Of a DNA stretch of 64,000 bases, positions 27,822 through 40,587 are shown piece after piece. Positions within the stretch are counted from its first letter, which is position 1, and every line of letters begins with the position of its first letter. The stretch lies in the NCBI RefSeq assembly GCF_003334405.1, contig NZ_QOWM01000003.1. The stretch is one strand, 5' to 3'. Made by a program: the position numbers and the translations under genes. A model generated the notes under the pieces. The model was not told the origin of the DNA, did no database searches, and saw only the letters and a list, made by a program, of their open reading frames with translations. This stretch comes from Escherichia coli (GTDB lineage: Bacteria > Pseudomonadota > Gammaproteobacteria > Enterobacterales > Enterobacteriaceae).

Positions 27822-28235
27822 ATGAAAAAACTCGCAATTGCAGGTGCGCTCATGTTGCTGGCGGGCTGTGCCGAAGTCGAAAACTATAACAATGTCGTGA
27901 AAACCCCCGCGCCGGACTGGCTGGCGGGCTACTGGCAGACCAAAGGGCCGCAACGTGCGTTGGTCAGTCCGGAAGCGATAGGCAGCCTCATTGTCACTAA
28001 AGAGGGCGATACCCTGGATTGCCGTCAGTGGCAGCGGGTGATTGCCGTGCCGGGTAAGTTGACATTGATGTCTGATGATCTCACTAACGTTACCGTAAAA
28101 CGTGAGCTGTACGAGGTTGAGCGTGACGGTAACACCATTGAGTACGATGGTATGACGATGGAGCGTGTGGATCGCCCGACGGCAGAGTGTGCCGCCGCGC
28201 TGGATAAAGCGCCGTTACCGACGCCACTGCCGTAA
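27822..28235 (+). CDS. yedD: Lipoprotein YedD
   Basis: Signal peptide plus lipobox LLAGC; tandem ATGs at 27819/27822. Confidence 0.85.
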   Translation: MKKLAIAGALMLLAGCAEVENYNNVVKTPAPDWLAGYWQTKGPQRALVSPEAIGSLIVTKEGDTLDCRQWQRVIAVPGKLTLMSDDLTNVTVKRELYEVERDGNTIEYDGMTMERVDRPTAECAAALDKAPLPTPLP

Positions 28236-28244
28236 TGAAATCTC

Positions 28245-28263
28245 CCCGGCTTGCCGCCGGGGA
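28245..28263. terminator. Hairpin between convergent yedD and amyA
   Basis: Inverted repeat CCCCGGC ttgcc GCCGGGG. Confidence 0.5.
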
Positions 28264-28268
28264 TGGAT

Positions 28269-29756
28269 TTAAATCACCTCTTCGATAACCCACACGCTGA
28301 CGCTGCCGCCGTTGCAAAAGAAGGTCGCTTCGCCGTTTTCGTCTGTCACTACGCTCTCTTGCCGGTTCCCCAGAAAATCACGCCAGGTTTTATTGCCGTA
28401 ATTCTCTCCCAGATGAATGGTTTTTTCGCCATCATCTCCGTTCGACATGACCACCACGCAGCCGGGATATTCGTCGGTGCCACTGCGGCTAAAGGCAATG
28501 CAGTTCGGATGGTCGAAAAATAACGTCTGTACACCGTGGGCGAAACGCTGACGGGCGAGAATTAACTCATCAAGCTGTTCGATTATTGGCATATCTATCG
28601 GATAGGTTTGCCCGTCACCACCGACATCTTCGTAATGTGCACCGTAGAGGTCCGGATAGAACACCGAAGGAACGCCATTTTCCCGCAACAAAATTAAGGC
28701 ATACGCCAGCGGTTTAAACCACGGTTCGACGGGGGCTTCGAGGGCTTGCAACGGTTGGGTGTCGTGGTTGGCAACGAGGGTTACGGCGTGAAAAGGATCG
28801 GCTTCCACCAGCGTCCCAGTGAAGATCTGCGTCATGTCGTAGTCGCGACCCATGCGCGATGCTTCATGGAATTTCATCTGCAGCGGCGCATCAAACAGCA
28901 TGGTTTTGCCTTCCACCTGATCAATATACGTTTGCAGTTTATCGACTTCATGCGACCAGTATTCAGCCACAATAAACAACGGCTTTGGCGCAACTTCCTG
29001 TACGTGTTCGATCCACTCTTTATAAAACCATGCCGGAATATGTTTGACCGCATCAAGACGAAAGCCGTCGCATTGCGTTTGTTCCATCACCCAGCGCGCC
29101 CAGTATTTAATCTCTTCCGTCACGGCATGATTGCGAAAATCGATATTCTCCCCCATCAGATAATCGAAATTACCGAGTTCATCATCAACCTGATCGTTCC
29201 AGCCTTCTCCGGTATAGTCGTTAACAATTTTAAAAATGCCATCTTCATCAGGGTTTTCGATATGGTCGATACCGCTAAAACATTTGAAATCCCAGATAAA
29301 CTGCGAGTATTGCCCGGCACGAGCGGGGAAGGTGTAACGCGTCCAGCCTTCACACTCAATGATTTCTTCGTCAATTTGCGTACGGTCATCAGCATTTACA
29401 CGCTGCACGCGAATAGCTTCTTTTTCATCCGCGCCCATTTTGTGGTTGACTACCACGTCCAGCAGCACCGCAATGTCATTACGTTTCAGGGCGTCAATGG
29501 CGGCCAGCAGTTGTGCTTTATCACCATATTTAGTAGGGATGCTGCCTTTCTGATCAAACTCACCTAGATCAAATAAATCATAGGAGTCGTAGCCGACCGA
29601 ATAGCCGCCCGATGCGCCTTTATAGGCGGGCGGCAACCAGACCATATTGATACCAATATCATTAAAACCGTCTGCGCGCTCGGCCAGTTCAGGCCAGAGC
29701 TTACCGCCTTCCGGGTAATACCAGTGAAAACATTGTAACAGCGTGGGATTACGCAT
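28269..29756 (-). CDS. amyA: Cytoplasmic alpha-amylase AmyA (GH13)
   Basis: 495 aa, no signal peptide, GH13 motifs. Confidence 0.95.
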   Translation of the reverse strand: MRNPTLLQCFHWYYPEGGKLWPELAERADGFNDIGINMVWLPPAYKGASGGYSVGYDSYDLFDLGEFDQKGSIPTKYGDKAQLLAAIDALKRNDIAVLLDVVVNHKMGADEKEAIRVQRVNADDRTQIDEEIIECEGWTRYTFPARAGQYSQFIWDFKCFSGIDHIENPDEDGIFKIVNDYTGEGWNDQVDDELGNFDYLMGENIDFRNHAVTEEIKYWARWVMEQTQCDGFRLDAVKHIPAWFYKEWIEHVQEVAPKPLFIVAEYWSHEVDKLQTYIDQVEGKTMLFDAPLQMKFHEASRMGRDYDMTQIFTGTLVEADPFHAVTLVANHDTQPLQALEAPVEPWFKPLAYALILLRENGVPSVFYPDLYGAHYEDVGGDGQTYPIDMPIIEQLDELILARQRFAHGVQTLFFDHPNCIAFSRSGTDEYPGCVVVMSNGDDGEKTIHLGENYGNKTWRDFLGNRQESVVTDENGEATFFCNGGSVSVWVIEEVI

Positions 29757-29833
29757 TCTTCGACTCCATTCAAGGGGAATATTAGAAGCGTAGCCGTAAT
29801 CGGATTATTCGCGAGCCATCGGCTCATTAAGAT

Positions 29834-30199
29834 TCAAAAGAGGTTATCCTGCGGAGCCAGCACAAAGCCGCCCTGATCGCCATAGGCACTTAACACCGAT
29901 TTTTGCACCGATGACTGACCGACCAGTTTCGCCAGTTCATCCATCCGAATCTGTAATAACTGTTTTACCTTGCTTTCGTTGTCGAGAATCAGGCGCAGCA
30001 TCGGGCGGAGCTGCTCCTGCATCGTAGTGGACGGGGCAACCTCTTCAGTCAGGTGTGCGATCTCCTGCACCGCATTCACATACGCCATTTCGCTGGTGAT
30101 GAGTTCGTCCCATTGTTCTTCCGTTGCCAGGCGTAACATGAGCTGGCTTTTTTCGACGAGTTGTTGCCAGGCGAAATACAAATGCGGTGCATTGTTCAT
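29834..30199 (-). CDS. fliT: Flagellar chaperone and anti-FlhDC factor FliT
   Basis: 121 aa. Confidence 0.93.
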   Translation of the reverse strand: MNNAPHLYFAWQQLVEKSQLMLRLATEEQWDELITSEMAYVNAVQEIAHLTEEVAPSTTMQEQLRPMLRLILDNESKVKQLLQIRMDELAKLVGQSSVQKSVLSAYGDQGGFVLAPQDNLF

Positions 30200-30609
30200 C
30201 AGACTGGGTCCTGAATCAAAGAAGGGGAGAGTAAAGACTCTTTCCAGGCATCGGCAATATTGCGCATTAATGCTTCCACTTCTTCGACTGCGGAGACATC
30301 GTTACGTAAATTGGCTTGCAGCAAGCGCCTGACCATATAGCTATAAAGAGCAATCAAGTTTTGGGTTAATTCGTCTTTGCTCTCTTCATCAAGACTCACC
30401 CGCAGTCCGTTCTCAATGATGTTGATCGCTTTTGATAAAGAGACGCCTTTGCCTTGCTGATTGTTGTCCTGCATAAACAGGCGCGCTCTAACCAGTGCGC
30501 TCAGCACTCCATCAAATAGCATGGTGACCAGCTGCTGTTGGCTGGCGCTCATTACGGCGCTTTCGACGCCAATTTGTGCATAGGCCTGGGTGCCTTTTGC
30601 CGCGTACAT
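30199..30609 (-). CDS. fliS: Flagellin-specific chaperone FliS
   Basis: 136 aa. Confidence 0.95.
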   Translation of the reverse strand: MYAAKGTQAYAQIGVESAVMSASQQQLVTMLFDGVLSALVRARLFMQDNNQQGKGVSLSKAINIIENGLRVSLDEESKDELTQNLIALYSYMVRRLLQANLRNDVSAVEEVEALMRNIADAWKESLLSPSLIQDPV

Positions 30610-30624
30610 AGTCTCTCCTGAAGA

Positions 30625-32040
30625 TTATTTCGAGTTGCTATTTGAGGTGTCGAACTGCTGTGTCAGATAGCTACTAGTGGAGTTCAGCGAGTTCATTAAC
30701 ACATCTAATTGGGTGAACTGGGCTTTATAGCGCGTCATTAAGGTATCGATACGTTCACTGGCTGCGTTGTACTGGTCGGTCAAATTATTCAGCGTTTTGC
30801 TGACGCCATCTTTTGCTGCCTGGATTATCCCGGTGGAAGAGAGCCAACTGGTCAGGTTGTTACTAATGCCGGTGGTTACCCCAGTACTTTTGCCGTCACC
30901 TATAAACATTTCACCGATACCAGCGGCATCATTTTTTAGCGCCGTTTGCAGTTTGTCGGTCGCGATTTCCAGCTTGCCGGTACTGGCATCGCTGGTAATG
31001 CCAATCTGTGCCAGCGTTTTATAGTTTGAACTGCTGTGAGTATTGGCGAGCAAGGTTTTAAGCTGAGTCTGGATGGTACGCAGTGTGGAGTCACCGAGTA
31101 ATGCGCCATTACTGGAGTCCTGACTTTCAGCTCCGGCATCGACAGCGGTGTATTTGGTTAAGCTGCTGAATGTATCCTGCAATGTGTTATAGGCATCCAC
31201 CCACGCTTTAACCGCATTTTCAGCTTTGGATGTGTCTTTACTGATGGTCAGTGTCTGATTACCGGTGGTGACGTCATTCAGGTTGAGGGTGATATCTTCC
31301 AGTGAGTCGCTGATAGTGTTACTGCTGTTTTCAATCTCAACGTTATTGACTGTCAGTTTGGCGTTTTGCGCGGTGACGCTTTCAATCATGCCATTGCTGC
31401 TATCACCCGGCGTTCCGTTGTAACCCATAAAACTTTCCAGGGCGCTGTCGCCGCTGACGCTAAGTTTCATAGCGTTATTGCTGCCCGTATCGTTAGCGGT
31501 GATGGACAGACGATATTCGCCGTTTCCCACATTGATGATACTGGCGCTGACACCAGCTTTGGCGTTGTTAATGGCATCGCGAATGCCGGAAAGTGACGAG
31601 TTACCCGCGCTGATATCAATCGTGACCGGATCTTTACCGCCGCCTTGTTGGATGGTCAGTACGCTATCGCTGGTGGCGATGGCGGCTTTACTGTCTTTTT
31701 GACTATTTTTTGTTGTCAGCGTCTGTGCCTGCGCCAGTTGGCTAACGCTAATGGTGTATTTCCCAGCAATCGCGCTGCCCGTGGTGGTGGCGCTGAAAGC
31801 CGATGAACTGCTGGTGGTTGAGGTGGCGGTAAATAAATCGGCTTTATTCAGTGCTGTGTTGGCTGTCTGGAAACTCTCTAGTGCACTTTTCAGCGTCCCG
31901 TAGGCGCTCAGTTTCGCGGTGTAAGAGCTTTGCTGTTTTGATATCGGCGTCAGGGTAGATTTTTCTGCCGCCTCCAGACTGTCAAGGATGCTGCTTAAGT
32001 CCAGCCCCGACCCAACCCCAAGCGTTGAAATACTAGCCAT
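30625..32040 (-). CDS. fliD: Flagellar filament cap protein FliD
   Basis: 471 aa with conserved N- and C-terminal heptad regions. Confidence 0.95.
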   Translation of the reverse strand: MASISTLGVGSGLDLSSILDSLEAAEKSTLTPISKQQSSYTAKLSAYGTLKSALESFQTANTALNKADLFTATSTTSSSSAFSATTTGSAIAGKYTISVSQLAQAQTLTTKNSQKDSKAAIATSDSVLTIQQGGGKDPVTIDISAGNSSLSGIRDAINNAKAGVSASIINVGNGEYRLSITANDTGSNNAMKLSVSGDSALESFMGYNGTPGDSSNGMIESVTAQNAKLTVNNVEIENSSNTISDSLEDITLNLNDVTTGNQTLTISKDTSKAENAVKAWVDAYNTLQDTFSSLTKYTAVDAGAESQDSSNGALLGDSTLRTIQTQLKTLLANTHSSSNYKTLAQIGITSDASTGKLEIATDKLQTALKNDAAGIGEMFIGDGKSTGVTTGISNNLTSWLSSTGIIQAAKDGVSKTLNNLTDQYNAASERIDTLMTRYKAQFTQLDVLMNSLNSTSSYLTQQFDTSNSNSK

Positions 32041-32084
32041 ATAGTTTCCTTAATCATGCGACGTGTATAGAACGAATACCGGGG

Positions 32085-32111
32085 TTATCGGCGTAAGCGG
32101 GGTAAAGTTTA
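32085..32111 (-). promoter_or_regulatory. Sigma-28 (FliA) promoter of fliDST
   Basis: On minus strand TAAACTTT-N11-GCCGATAA against consensus TAAAGTTT-N11-GCCGATAA. Confidence 0.7.
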
Positions 32112-32184
32112 CGATTTATTTTTTGCCTTAATGGCACGAACAGCAACGAGGAAGGGGAGTATTTCGACCGCTAGAAAAAAATTC

Positions 32185-32211
32185 TAAAGGTTGTGAGTGA
32201 CCAGACGATAA
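32185..32211 (+). promoter_or_regulatory. Sigma-28 (FliA) promoter of fliC
   Basis: TAAAGGTT-N11-GACGATAA, about 77 bp upstream of the fliC ATG. Confidence 0.7.
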
Positions 32212-32287
32212 CAGGGTTGACGGCGACGAAGCCGAAGGGTGGAAGCCCAATACTTAAACCGTAGACTTGAAAACAGGAAAATGAATT

Positions 32288-33337
32288 ATGGCACAAGTCA
32301 TTAATACCAACAGCCTCTCGCTGATCACTCAGAACAACATCAACAAAAACCAGTCTGCGCTGTCGACTTCTATCGAGCGCCTCTCTTCTGGTCTGCGTAT
32401 TAACAGCGCTAAAGATGACGCCGCGGGCCAGGCGATTGCTAACCGCTTTACTTCTAACATCAAAGGTCTGACTCAGGCCGCACGTAACGCCAACGACGGT
32501 ATTTCTCTGGCGCAGACGGCTGAAGGCGCGCTGTCAGAGATTAACAACAACTTGCAGCGTATTCGTGAACTGACCGTTCAGGCCTCTACCGGCACGAACT
32601 CTGATTCCGACCTGTCTTCTATTCAGGACGAAATCAAATCCCGTCTTGATGAAATTGACCGTGTATCTGGTCAGACCCAGTTCAACGGTGTGAACGTGCT
32701 GTCGAAAAACGATTCGATGAAGATTCAGATTGGTGCCAATGATAACCAGACGATCAGCATTGGCTTGCAACAAATCGACAGTACCACTTTGAATCTGAAA
32801 GGATTTACCGTGTCCGGCATGGCGGATTTCAGCGCGGCGAAACTGACGGCTGCTGATGGTACAGCAATTGCTGCTGCGGATGTCAAGGATGCTGGGGGTA
32901 AACAAGTCAATTTACTGTCTTACACTGACACCGCGTCTAACAGTACTAAATATGCGGTCGTTGATTCTGCAACCGGTAAATACATGGAAGCCACTGTAGT
33001 CATTACCGGTACGGCGGCGGCGGTAACTGTTGGTGCAGCGGAAGTGGCGGGAGCCGCTACAGCCGATCCGTTAAAAGCACTGGATGCCGCAATCGCTAAA
33101 GTCGACAAATTCCGCTCCTCCCTCGGTGCCGTTCAAAACCGTCTGGATTCTGCGGTCACCAACCTGAACAACACCACCACCAACCTGTCTGAAGCGCAGT
33201 CCCGTATTCAGGACGCCGACTATGCGACCGAAGTGTCCAACATGTCGAAAGCGCAGATTATCCAGCAGGCGGGCAACTCCGTGCTGTCTAAAGCCAACCA
33301 GGTACCGCAGCAAGTTCTGTCTCTGTTACAAGGCTAA
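32288..33337 (+). CDS. fliC: Flagellin FliC (short allele, 349 aa)
   Basis: Conserved flagellin N terminus MAQVINTNSLSLITQNNINKNQSAL and C terminus ...QVPQQVLSLLQG flanking a short Ala/Thr/Gly-rich central region. Confidence 0.95.
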   Translation: MAQVINTNSLSLITQNNINKNQSALSTSIERLSSGLRINSAKDDAAGQAIANRFTSNIKGLTQAARNANDGISLAQTAEGALSEINNNLQRIRELTVQASTGTNSDSDLSSIQDEIKSRLDEIDRVSGQTQFNGVNVLSKNDSMKIQIGANDNQTISIGLQQIDSTTLNLKGFTVSGMADFSAAKLTAADGTAIAAADVKDAGGKQVNLLSYTDTASNSTKYAVVDSATGKYMEATVVITGTAAAVTVGAAEVAGAATADPLKALDAAIAKVDKFRSSLGAVQNRLDSAVTNLNNTTTNLSEAQSRIQDADYATEVSNMSKAQIIQQAGNSVLSKANQVPQQVLSLLQG

Positions 33338-33355
33338 TGGCCTTAACCTGCCTGA

Positions 33356-33378
33356 CCCCGCTACCGGCGGGGTTTTTT
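33356..33378 (+). terminator. Intrinsic terminator of fliC
   Basis: Hairpin CCCCGC tacc GGCGGGG followed by T6. Confidence 0.8.
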
Positions 33379-33500
33379 CTGCCCGCAATTTACCGGTAAC
33401 CCCCAAATAACCCCTCATTTCACCCACTAATCGTCCGATTAAAAACCCTGCAGAAACGGATAATCATGCCGATAACTCATATAACGCAGGGCTGTTTATC

Positions 33501-34220
33501 GTGAATTCACTCTATACCGCTGAAGGTGTAATGGATAAACACTCGCTGTGGCAGCGTTATGTCCCGCTGGTGCGTCACGAAGCATTGCGCCTGCAGGTTC
33601 GACTGCCCGCGAGCGTGGAACTTGACGATCTGCTACAGGCGGGCGGCATTGGGTTACTTAATGCCGTCGAACGCTATGACGCCCTACAAGGAACGGCATT
33701 TACAACTTACGCAGTGCAGCGTATCCGTGGCGCTATGCTGGATGAACTTCGCAGCCGTGACTGGGTGCCGCGCAGCGTGCGACGCAACGCGCGTGAAGTG
33801 GCACAGGCAATAGGGCAACTGGAGCAGGAACTTGGCCGCAACGCCACGGAAACTGAGGTAGCGGAACGTTTAGGGATCGATATTGCCGATTATCGCCAAA
33901 TGTTGCTCGACACCAATAACAGCCAGCTCTTCTCCTACGATGAGTGGCGCGAAGAGCACGGCGATAGCATCGAACTGGTTACTGATGATCATCAGCGAGA
34001 AAACCCGCTACAACAACTGCTGGACAGTAATCTGCGTCAGCGGGTGATGGAAGCCATCGAAACGTTGCCGGAGCGCGAAAAACTGGTATTAACCCTCTAT
34101 TACCAGGAAGAGCTGAATCTCAAAGAGATTGGCGCGGTGCTGGAGGTCGGGGAATCGCGGGTCAGTCAGTTACACAGCCAGGCTATTAAACGGTTACGCA
34201 CTAAACTGGGTAAGTTATAA
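33501..34220 (+). CDS. fliA: Flagellar sigma factor FliA (sigma-28)
   Basis: 239 aa, sigma-70-family regions 2-4. Confidence 0.97.
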   Translation: MNSLYTAEGVMDKHSLWQRYVPLVRHEALRLQVRLPASVELDDLLQAGGIGLLNAVERYDALQGTAFTTYAVQRIRGAMLDELRSRDWVPRSVRRNAREVAQAIGQLEQELGRNATETEVAERLGIDIADYRQMLLDTNNSQLFSYDEWREEHGDSIELVTDDHQRENPLQQLLDSNLRQRVMEAIETLPEREKLVLTLYYQEELNLKEIGAVLEVGESRVSQLHSQAIKRLRTKLGKL

Positions 34221-34265
34221 CGTCAGTAAATGCCGCACTTTAACTTTGACTACCAGGAGTTCTTA

Positions 34266-34817
34266 ATGATGGTGCAGCACCTGAAAAGACGGCCATTAAG
34301 CCGCTATCTTAAAGACTTTAAACACAGCCAGACTCATTGCGCGCATTGCCGTAAATTACTCGATCGCATTACCCTCGTTCGCGACGGCAAAATAGTGAAT
34401 AAAATCGAGATTTCCCGCCTGGACGCGCTGCTTGATGAAAATGGCTGGCAAACGGAACAAAAATCATGGGCGGCATTGTGCCGATTTTGCGGTGATTTAC
34501 ATTGCAAAACGCAGAGTGATTTTTTCGATATTATCGGCTTTAAGCAATTTCTTTTTGAGCAAACTGAAATGAGCCCAGGTACGGTGCGTGAATATGTCGT
34601 TCGTTTGCGCCGTTTGGGGAATCATCTACACGAGCAAAATATTTCCCTCGATCCGCTGCAGGACGGTTTCCTTGATGAAATCCTCGCCCCGTGGCTGCCC
34701 ACCACCAGCACCAACAATTACCGCATCGCATTACGGAAGTATCAACACTATCAGCGTCAAACGTGTACCGGACTTGTGCAGAAATCCTCCAGCCTGCCTG
34801 CTTCTGATATATATTAA
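34266..34817 (+). CDS. fliZ: Regulator FliZ
   Basis: 183 aa from MMVQHLKRRPLSRYLKDFKHSQTHCAHCRKLL. Confidence 0.93.
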   Translation: MMVQHLKRRPLSRYLKDFKHSQTHCAHCRKLLDRITLVRDGKIVNKIEISRLDALLDENGWQTEQKSWAALCRFCGDLHCKTQSDFFDIIGFKQFLFEQTEMSPGTVREYVVRLRRLGNHLHEQNISLDPLQDGFLDEILAPWLPTTSTNNYRIALRKYQHYQRQTCTGLVQKSSSLPASDIY

Positions 34818-34904
34818 ATAAGAATAAGATGTAGCGGAGTTGTTTTTGTGTTTACAAACAATGGCTCTACACTGCAAACAGACATAACAACATTCGGGGT
34901 AAAT

Positions 34905-36796
<1,892 letters not shown>

Positions 36797-36810
36797 CTCC
36801 GGAAACGCTC

Positions 36811-37479
36811 ATGCAAGAAAGTATACAACTGGTTATTGATTCCTTGCCGTTCCTGCTGAAAGGGGCTGGGTATACGCTGCAACTCAGTATCGGCGGCATG
36901 TTTTTTGGCTTACTGCTCGGGTTTATTCTCGCGCTGATGCGCCTGTCGCCGATCTGGCCCGTGCGCTGGCTGGCGCGTTTTTATATCTCTATTTTTCGTG
37001 GTACGCCGCTCATCGCACAACTGTTTATGATTTATTACGGCCTGCCGCAGTTTGGTATCGAATTAGATCCCATTCCGTCAGCAATGATTGGTCTGTCGCT
37101 CAACACTGCCGCCTATGCTGCCGAAACGCTTCGCGCCGCCATTTCTTCTATTGATAAAGGTCAGTGGGAAGCAGCTGCCAGTATTGGTATGACGCCGTGG
37201 CAGACCATGCGTCGCGCGATTTTGCCACAGGCGGCGCGGGTGGCGTTGCCGCCGCTGTCGAACAGCTTTATCAGCCTGGTAAAAGATACGTCGCTGGCCG
37301 CGACAATCCAGGTGCCGGAGCTGTTCCGTCAAGCGCAGTTGATTACCTCGCGCACGCTGGAGGTGTTCACCATGTACCTGGCGGCTTCGCTCATCTACTG
37401 GATCATGGCGACAGTATTATCGACGTTGCAGAACCATTTTGAGAATCAACTTAATCGCCAGGAGAGAGAACCAAAATGA
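36811..37479 (+). CDS. tcyL: Cystine ABC transporter permease TcyL
   Basis: 222-aa polar amino-acid ABC permease. Confidence 0.93.
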   Translation: MQESIQLVIDSLPFLLKGAGYTLQLSIGGMFFGLLLGFILALMRLSPIWPVRWLARFYISIFRGTPLIAQLFMIYYGLPQFGIELDPIPSAMIGLSLNTAAYAAETLRAAISSIDKGQWEAAASIGMTPWQTMRRAILPQAARVALPPLSNSFISLVKDTSLAATIQVPELFRQAQLITSRTLEVFTMYLAASLIYWIMATVLSTLQNHFENQLNRQEREPK

Positions 37480-38228
37480 GTGCCATTGAAGTTAAGAACC
37501 TGGTGAAAAAATTTCACGGTCAGACGGTGCTGCACGGTATCGACCTTGAGGTAAAGCCTGGCGAAGTGGTGGCAATTATCGGTCCGAGTGGTTCCGGCAA
37601 AACCACGTTGCTACGCAGCATAAATCTGCTGGAACAACCCGAAGCGGGAACGATCACCGTTGGCGATATCACTATTGATACTGCACGTTCATTAAGTCAG
37701 CAAAAATCGCTGATTCGCCAGTTGCGTCAGCACGTCGGGTTTGTCTTCCAGAACTTTAATTTGTTTCCGCATCGTACGGTGCTGGAAAACATTATTGAAG
37801 GGCCGGTGATCGTCAAAGGCGAACCGAAAGAAGAGGCCACGGCGCGCGCTCGCGAGCTGTTGGCGAAAGTTGGGCTGGCCGGTAAAGAAACCAGCTATCC
37901 ACGTCGTTTGTCTGGCGGTCAACAGCAACGTGTTGCGATTGCACGTGCGCTGGCAATGCGTCCTGAGGTGATTTTGTTTGACGAGCCAACGTCGGCGCTG
38001 GATCCAGAGCTGGTGGGCGAAGTCCTGAACACCATCCGTCAGCTGGCGCAGGAAAAGCGCACGATGGTGATTGTGACGCACGAAATGAGCTTTGCCCGGG
38101 ATGTTGCGGACCGGGCGATCTTTATGGACCAGGGGCGGATAGTCGAGCAGGGGGCCGCAAAAGCGTTATTTGCCGATCCCGAGCAGCCTCGCACCCGCCA
38201 GTTCCTCGAGAAGTTTCTGCTGCAATAA
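37476..38228 (+). CDS. tcyN: Cystine ABC transporter ATPase TcyN
   Basis: 250 aa, Walker A GPSGSGKTT, signature LSGGQQQRV. Confidence 0.95.
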   Translation: MSAIEVKNLVKKFHGQTVLHGIDLEVKPGEVVAIIGPSGSGKTTLLRSINLLEQPEAGTITVGDITIDTARSLSQQKSLIRQLRQHVGFVFQNFNLFPHRTVLENIIEGPVIVKGEPKEEATARARELLAKVGLAGKETSYPRRLSGGQQQRVAIARALAMRPEVILFDEPTSALDPELVGEVLNTIRQLAQEKRTMVIVTHEMSFARDVADRAIFMDQGRIVEQGAAKALFADPEQPRTRQFLEKFLLQ

Positions 38229-38239
38229 TAAGAAAAAAT

Positions 38240-38268
38240 CAGCCCCGACGATTCACCTGTCGGGGCTG
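38240..38268 (+). terminator. Hairpin downstream of tcyN
   Basis: Inverted repeat CAGCCCCGAC...GTCGGGGCTG; weak T tract. Confidence 0.5.
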
Positions 38269-38457
38269 GACGCCATTTCAAGCCTGATAAAACTGCTTAA
38301 CAAATCAGCATAACTCATTAATAACATAAGAGAATGCGATGGCTTGCAAAAGTAATTCATTGCCTGAATAATATAAATTATATATAAATCTTATTTATGT
38401 GATAGTTTGAATTATCATTATAAATGATACTCACTCTCAGGGGCGTTGCGGTTTACT

Positions 38458-39180
38458 ATGCAGGATAAGGATTTTTTCAGCTGGCGTCGCACGATGCTGT
38501 TGCGTTTTCAGAGGATGGAGGCCGCAGAAGAGGTCTACCATGAAATAGAGTTTCAGGCTCAGCAGCTGGAGTACGATTACTATTCGTTATGTGTTCGCCA
38601 CCCGGTACCATTCACGCGACCTAAAGTGGCTTTCTACACCAATTACCCTGAGGCGTGGGTTAGTTATTATCAGGCAAAAAACTTTCTCGCAATTGATCCG
38701 GTGCTGAACCCTGAAAACTTTAGTCAGGGCCATTTAATGTGGAATGATGACTTATTCAGCGAAGCACAGCCGTTATGGGAAGCCGCGCGCGCACATGGTT
38801 TACGCCGCGGTGTCACTCAGTATTTAATGCTGCCAAACCGGGCGCTGGGCTTTTTGTCCTTTTCCCGTAGCAGCGCGCGCGAAATACCCATTCTTAGTGA
38901 TGAACTGCAATTAAAAATGCAGTTACTGGTGCGCGAAAGTCTGATGGCTCTGATGCGTTTAAATGATGAAATAGTGATGACGCCAGAGATGAATTTCAGC
39001 AAGCGCGAAAAAGAAATTTTGAAATGGACGGCGGAAGGGAAGACATCAGCAGAGATAGCGATGATTTTGTCAATCTCTGAGAATACGGTCAATTTCCACC
39101 AGAAAAACATGCAGAAAAAAATTAATGCACCAAATAAGACGCAGGTTGCCTGTTACGCGGCCGCTACTGGCTTAATTTGA
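38458..39180 (+). CDS. sdiA: LuxR-type AHL-responsive regulator SdiA
   Basis: 240 aa from MQDKDFFSWRRTMLLRFQ, C-terminal LuxR HTH. Confidence 0.95.
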   Translation: MQDKDFFSWRRTMLLRFQRMEAAEEVYHEIEFQAQQLEYDYYSLCVRHPVPFTRPKVAFYTNYPEAWVSYYQAKNFLAIDPVLNPENFSQGHLMWNDDLFSEAQPLWEAARAHGLRRGVTQYLMLPNRALGFLSFSRSSAREIPILSDELQLKMQLLVRESLMALMRLNDEIVMTPEMNFSKREKEILKWTAEGKTSAEIAMILSISENTVNFHQKNMQKKINAPNKTQVACYAAATGLI

Positions 39181-39208
39181 TCTCTTTTCTGTTCTGCGTG
39201 CCAGATGC

Positions 39209-39244
39209 AAAAACCGGCTGAAAGGCACGCTCTCAGCCGGTTTT
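39209..39244. terminator. Bidirectional terminator between convergent sdiA and yecF
   Basis: 8-bp perfect inverted repeat CCGGCTGA...TCAGCCGG flanked by A5 and T4 runs. Confidence 0.75.
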
Positions 39245-39247
39245 ATA

Positions 39248-39472
39248 TTACTGACGGTAGGCTTGTTTAATTTGCTTAACCGTTTTGGAAAATACTGCAG
39301 CCTGGGTTTCGTCTTCGATCAGCGCAAGCTGTTTTTCCATCTTTAACATCACGCGGCCCGCGTCAGCTTGTCCCATCGCCTGCAGCATCAGCGTCAGCAT
39401 CGCTTTCAGGCAGGAGACTTCATTTGCCAGTTCTTGATTATTCTCGGCAGTAGAAAAATCAGGCGTACTCAT
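39248..39472 (-). CDS. yecF: Small protein YecF
   Basis: 74-aa [21 protein letters not shown]... Confidence 0.85.
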
Positions 39473-39930
39473 TTATTTTCCTCGTCATGTTGCAATGAAA
39501 ATTTGCGGTGAAAAATGTTAAGGCGGCGGAGTATACCATAAGCTTTGCTAAAAATAGCAGTGGTTGTTTTTTGAGCGTATCGTCAACGGTGCTATTAAAT
39601 GCGTTAATATAATGACCAATAAATATTTTTATCATGAATGTTTTTTGCCCGTATTGTTTGGGTTAATTAATGTTACATATTCAGCGGGCTGATTTTCATT
39701 TTTGCTGAATAAAGGTAATTTTTGTCACATTTCGTCGCAGGGCTTACTGTGAAACGATCCGGTCAGCCGTTGGTGACGGGCGTGACCATAACTGTGGACA
39801 ATCGAATTGACAAAAACGAGAGAAAAATCGAATACCCACCATTTTTAACGTTTCAAAGTTGCAATAAAAACCGCTAATATACTAATGACTAACTATCAGT
39901 AGCGTTATCCCTATTTCTGGAGATATTCCT

Positions 39931-40587
39931 TTGATCAACGTTCTACTTGTTGATGACCACGAACTGGTGCGCGCAGGGATACGACGCATTCTGGAAGATA
40001 TAAAGGGTATAAAAGTCGTCGGTGAGGCATCGTGCGGTGAAGACGCCGTTAAGTGGTGCCGGACAAATGCCGTTGACGTGGTGCTAATGGACATGAGTAT
40101 GCCGGGCATTGGCGGTCTTGAGGCGACGCGTAAAATCGCGCGTTCCACAGCTGATGTCAAAATCATCATGCTTACCGTCCATACAGAAAACCCTTTACCA
40201 GCGAAAGTCATGCAGGCCGGTGCTGCGGGCTACCTCAGCAAAGGCGCGGCTCCGCAGGAAGTCGTGAGTGCGATTCGTTCTGTCTATTCAGGGCAGCGTT
40301 ACATTGCTTCTGATATCGCTCAACAAATGGCGTTAAGCCAGATCGAACCAGAAAAAACAGAAAGCCCATTTGCCAGTTTGTCTGAACGTGAATTGCAGAT
40401 TATGCTGATGATCACCAAGGGCCAGAAGGTCAATGAGATCTCAGAACAGCTCAATCTCAGTCCGAAAACGGTGAACAGCTACCGCTATCGTATGTTCAGT
40501 AAACTAAACATTCATGGCGATGTTGAGCTGACTCACCTGGCAATTCGCCATGGTCTGTGTAATGCGGAGACATTATCAAGTCAGTGA
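39931..40587 (+). CDS. uvrY: Response regulator UvrY (BarA partner)
   Basis: 218 aa, TTG start, receiver domain (LLVDDH...D) plus LuxR-type HTH. Confidence 0.95.

Noticed and set aside
28746-29567. 273-aa plus-strand ORF inside amyA
   Set aside because: Antisense to the alpha-amylase gene.
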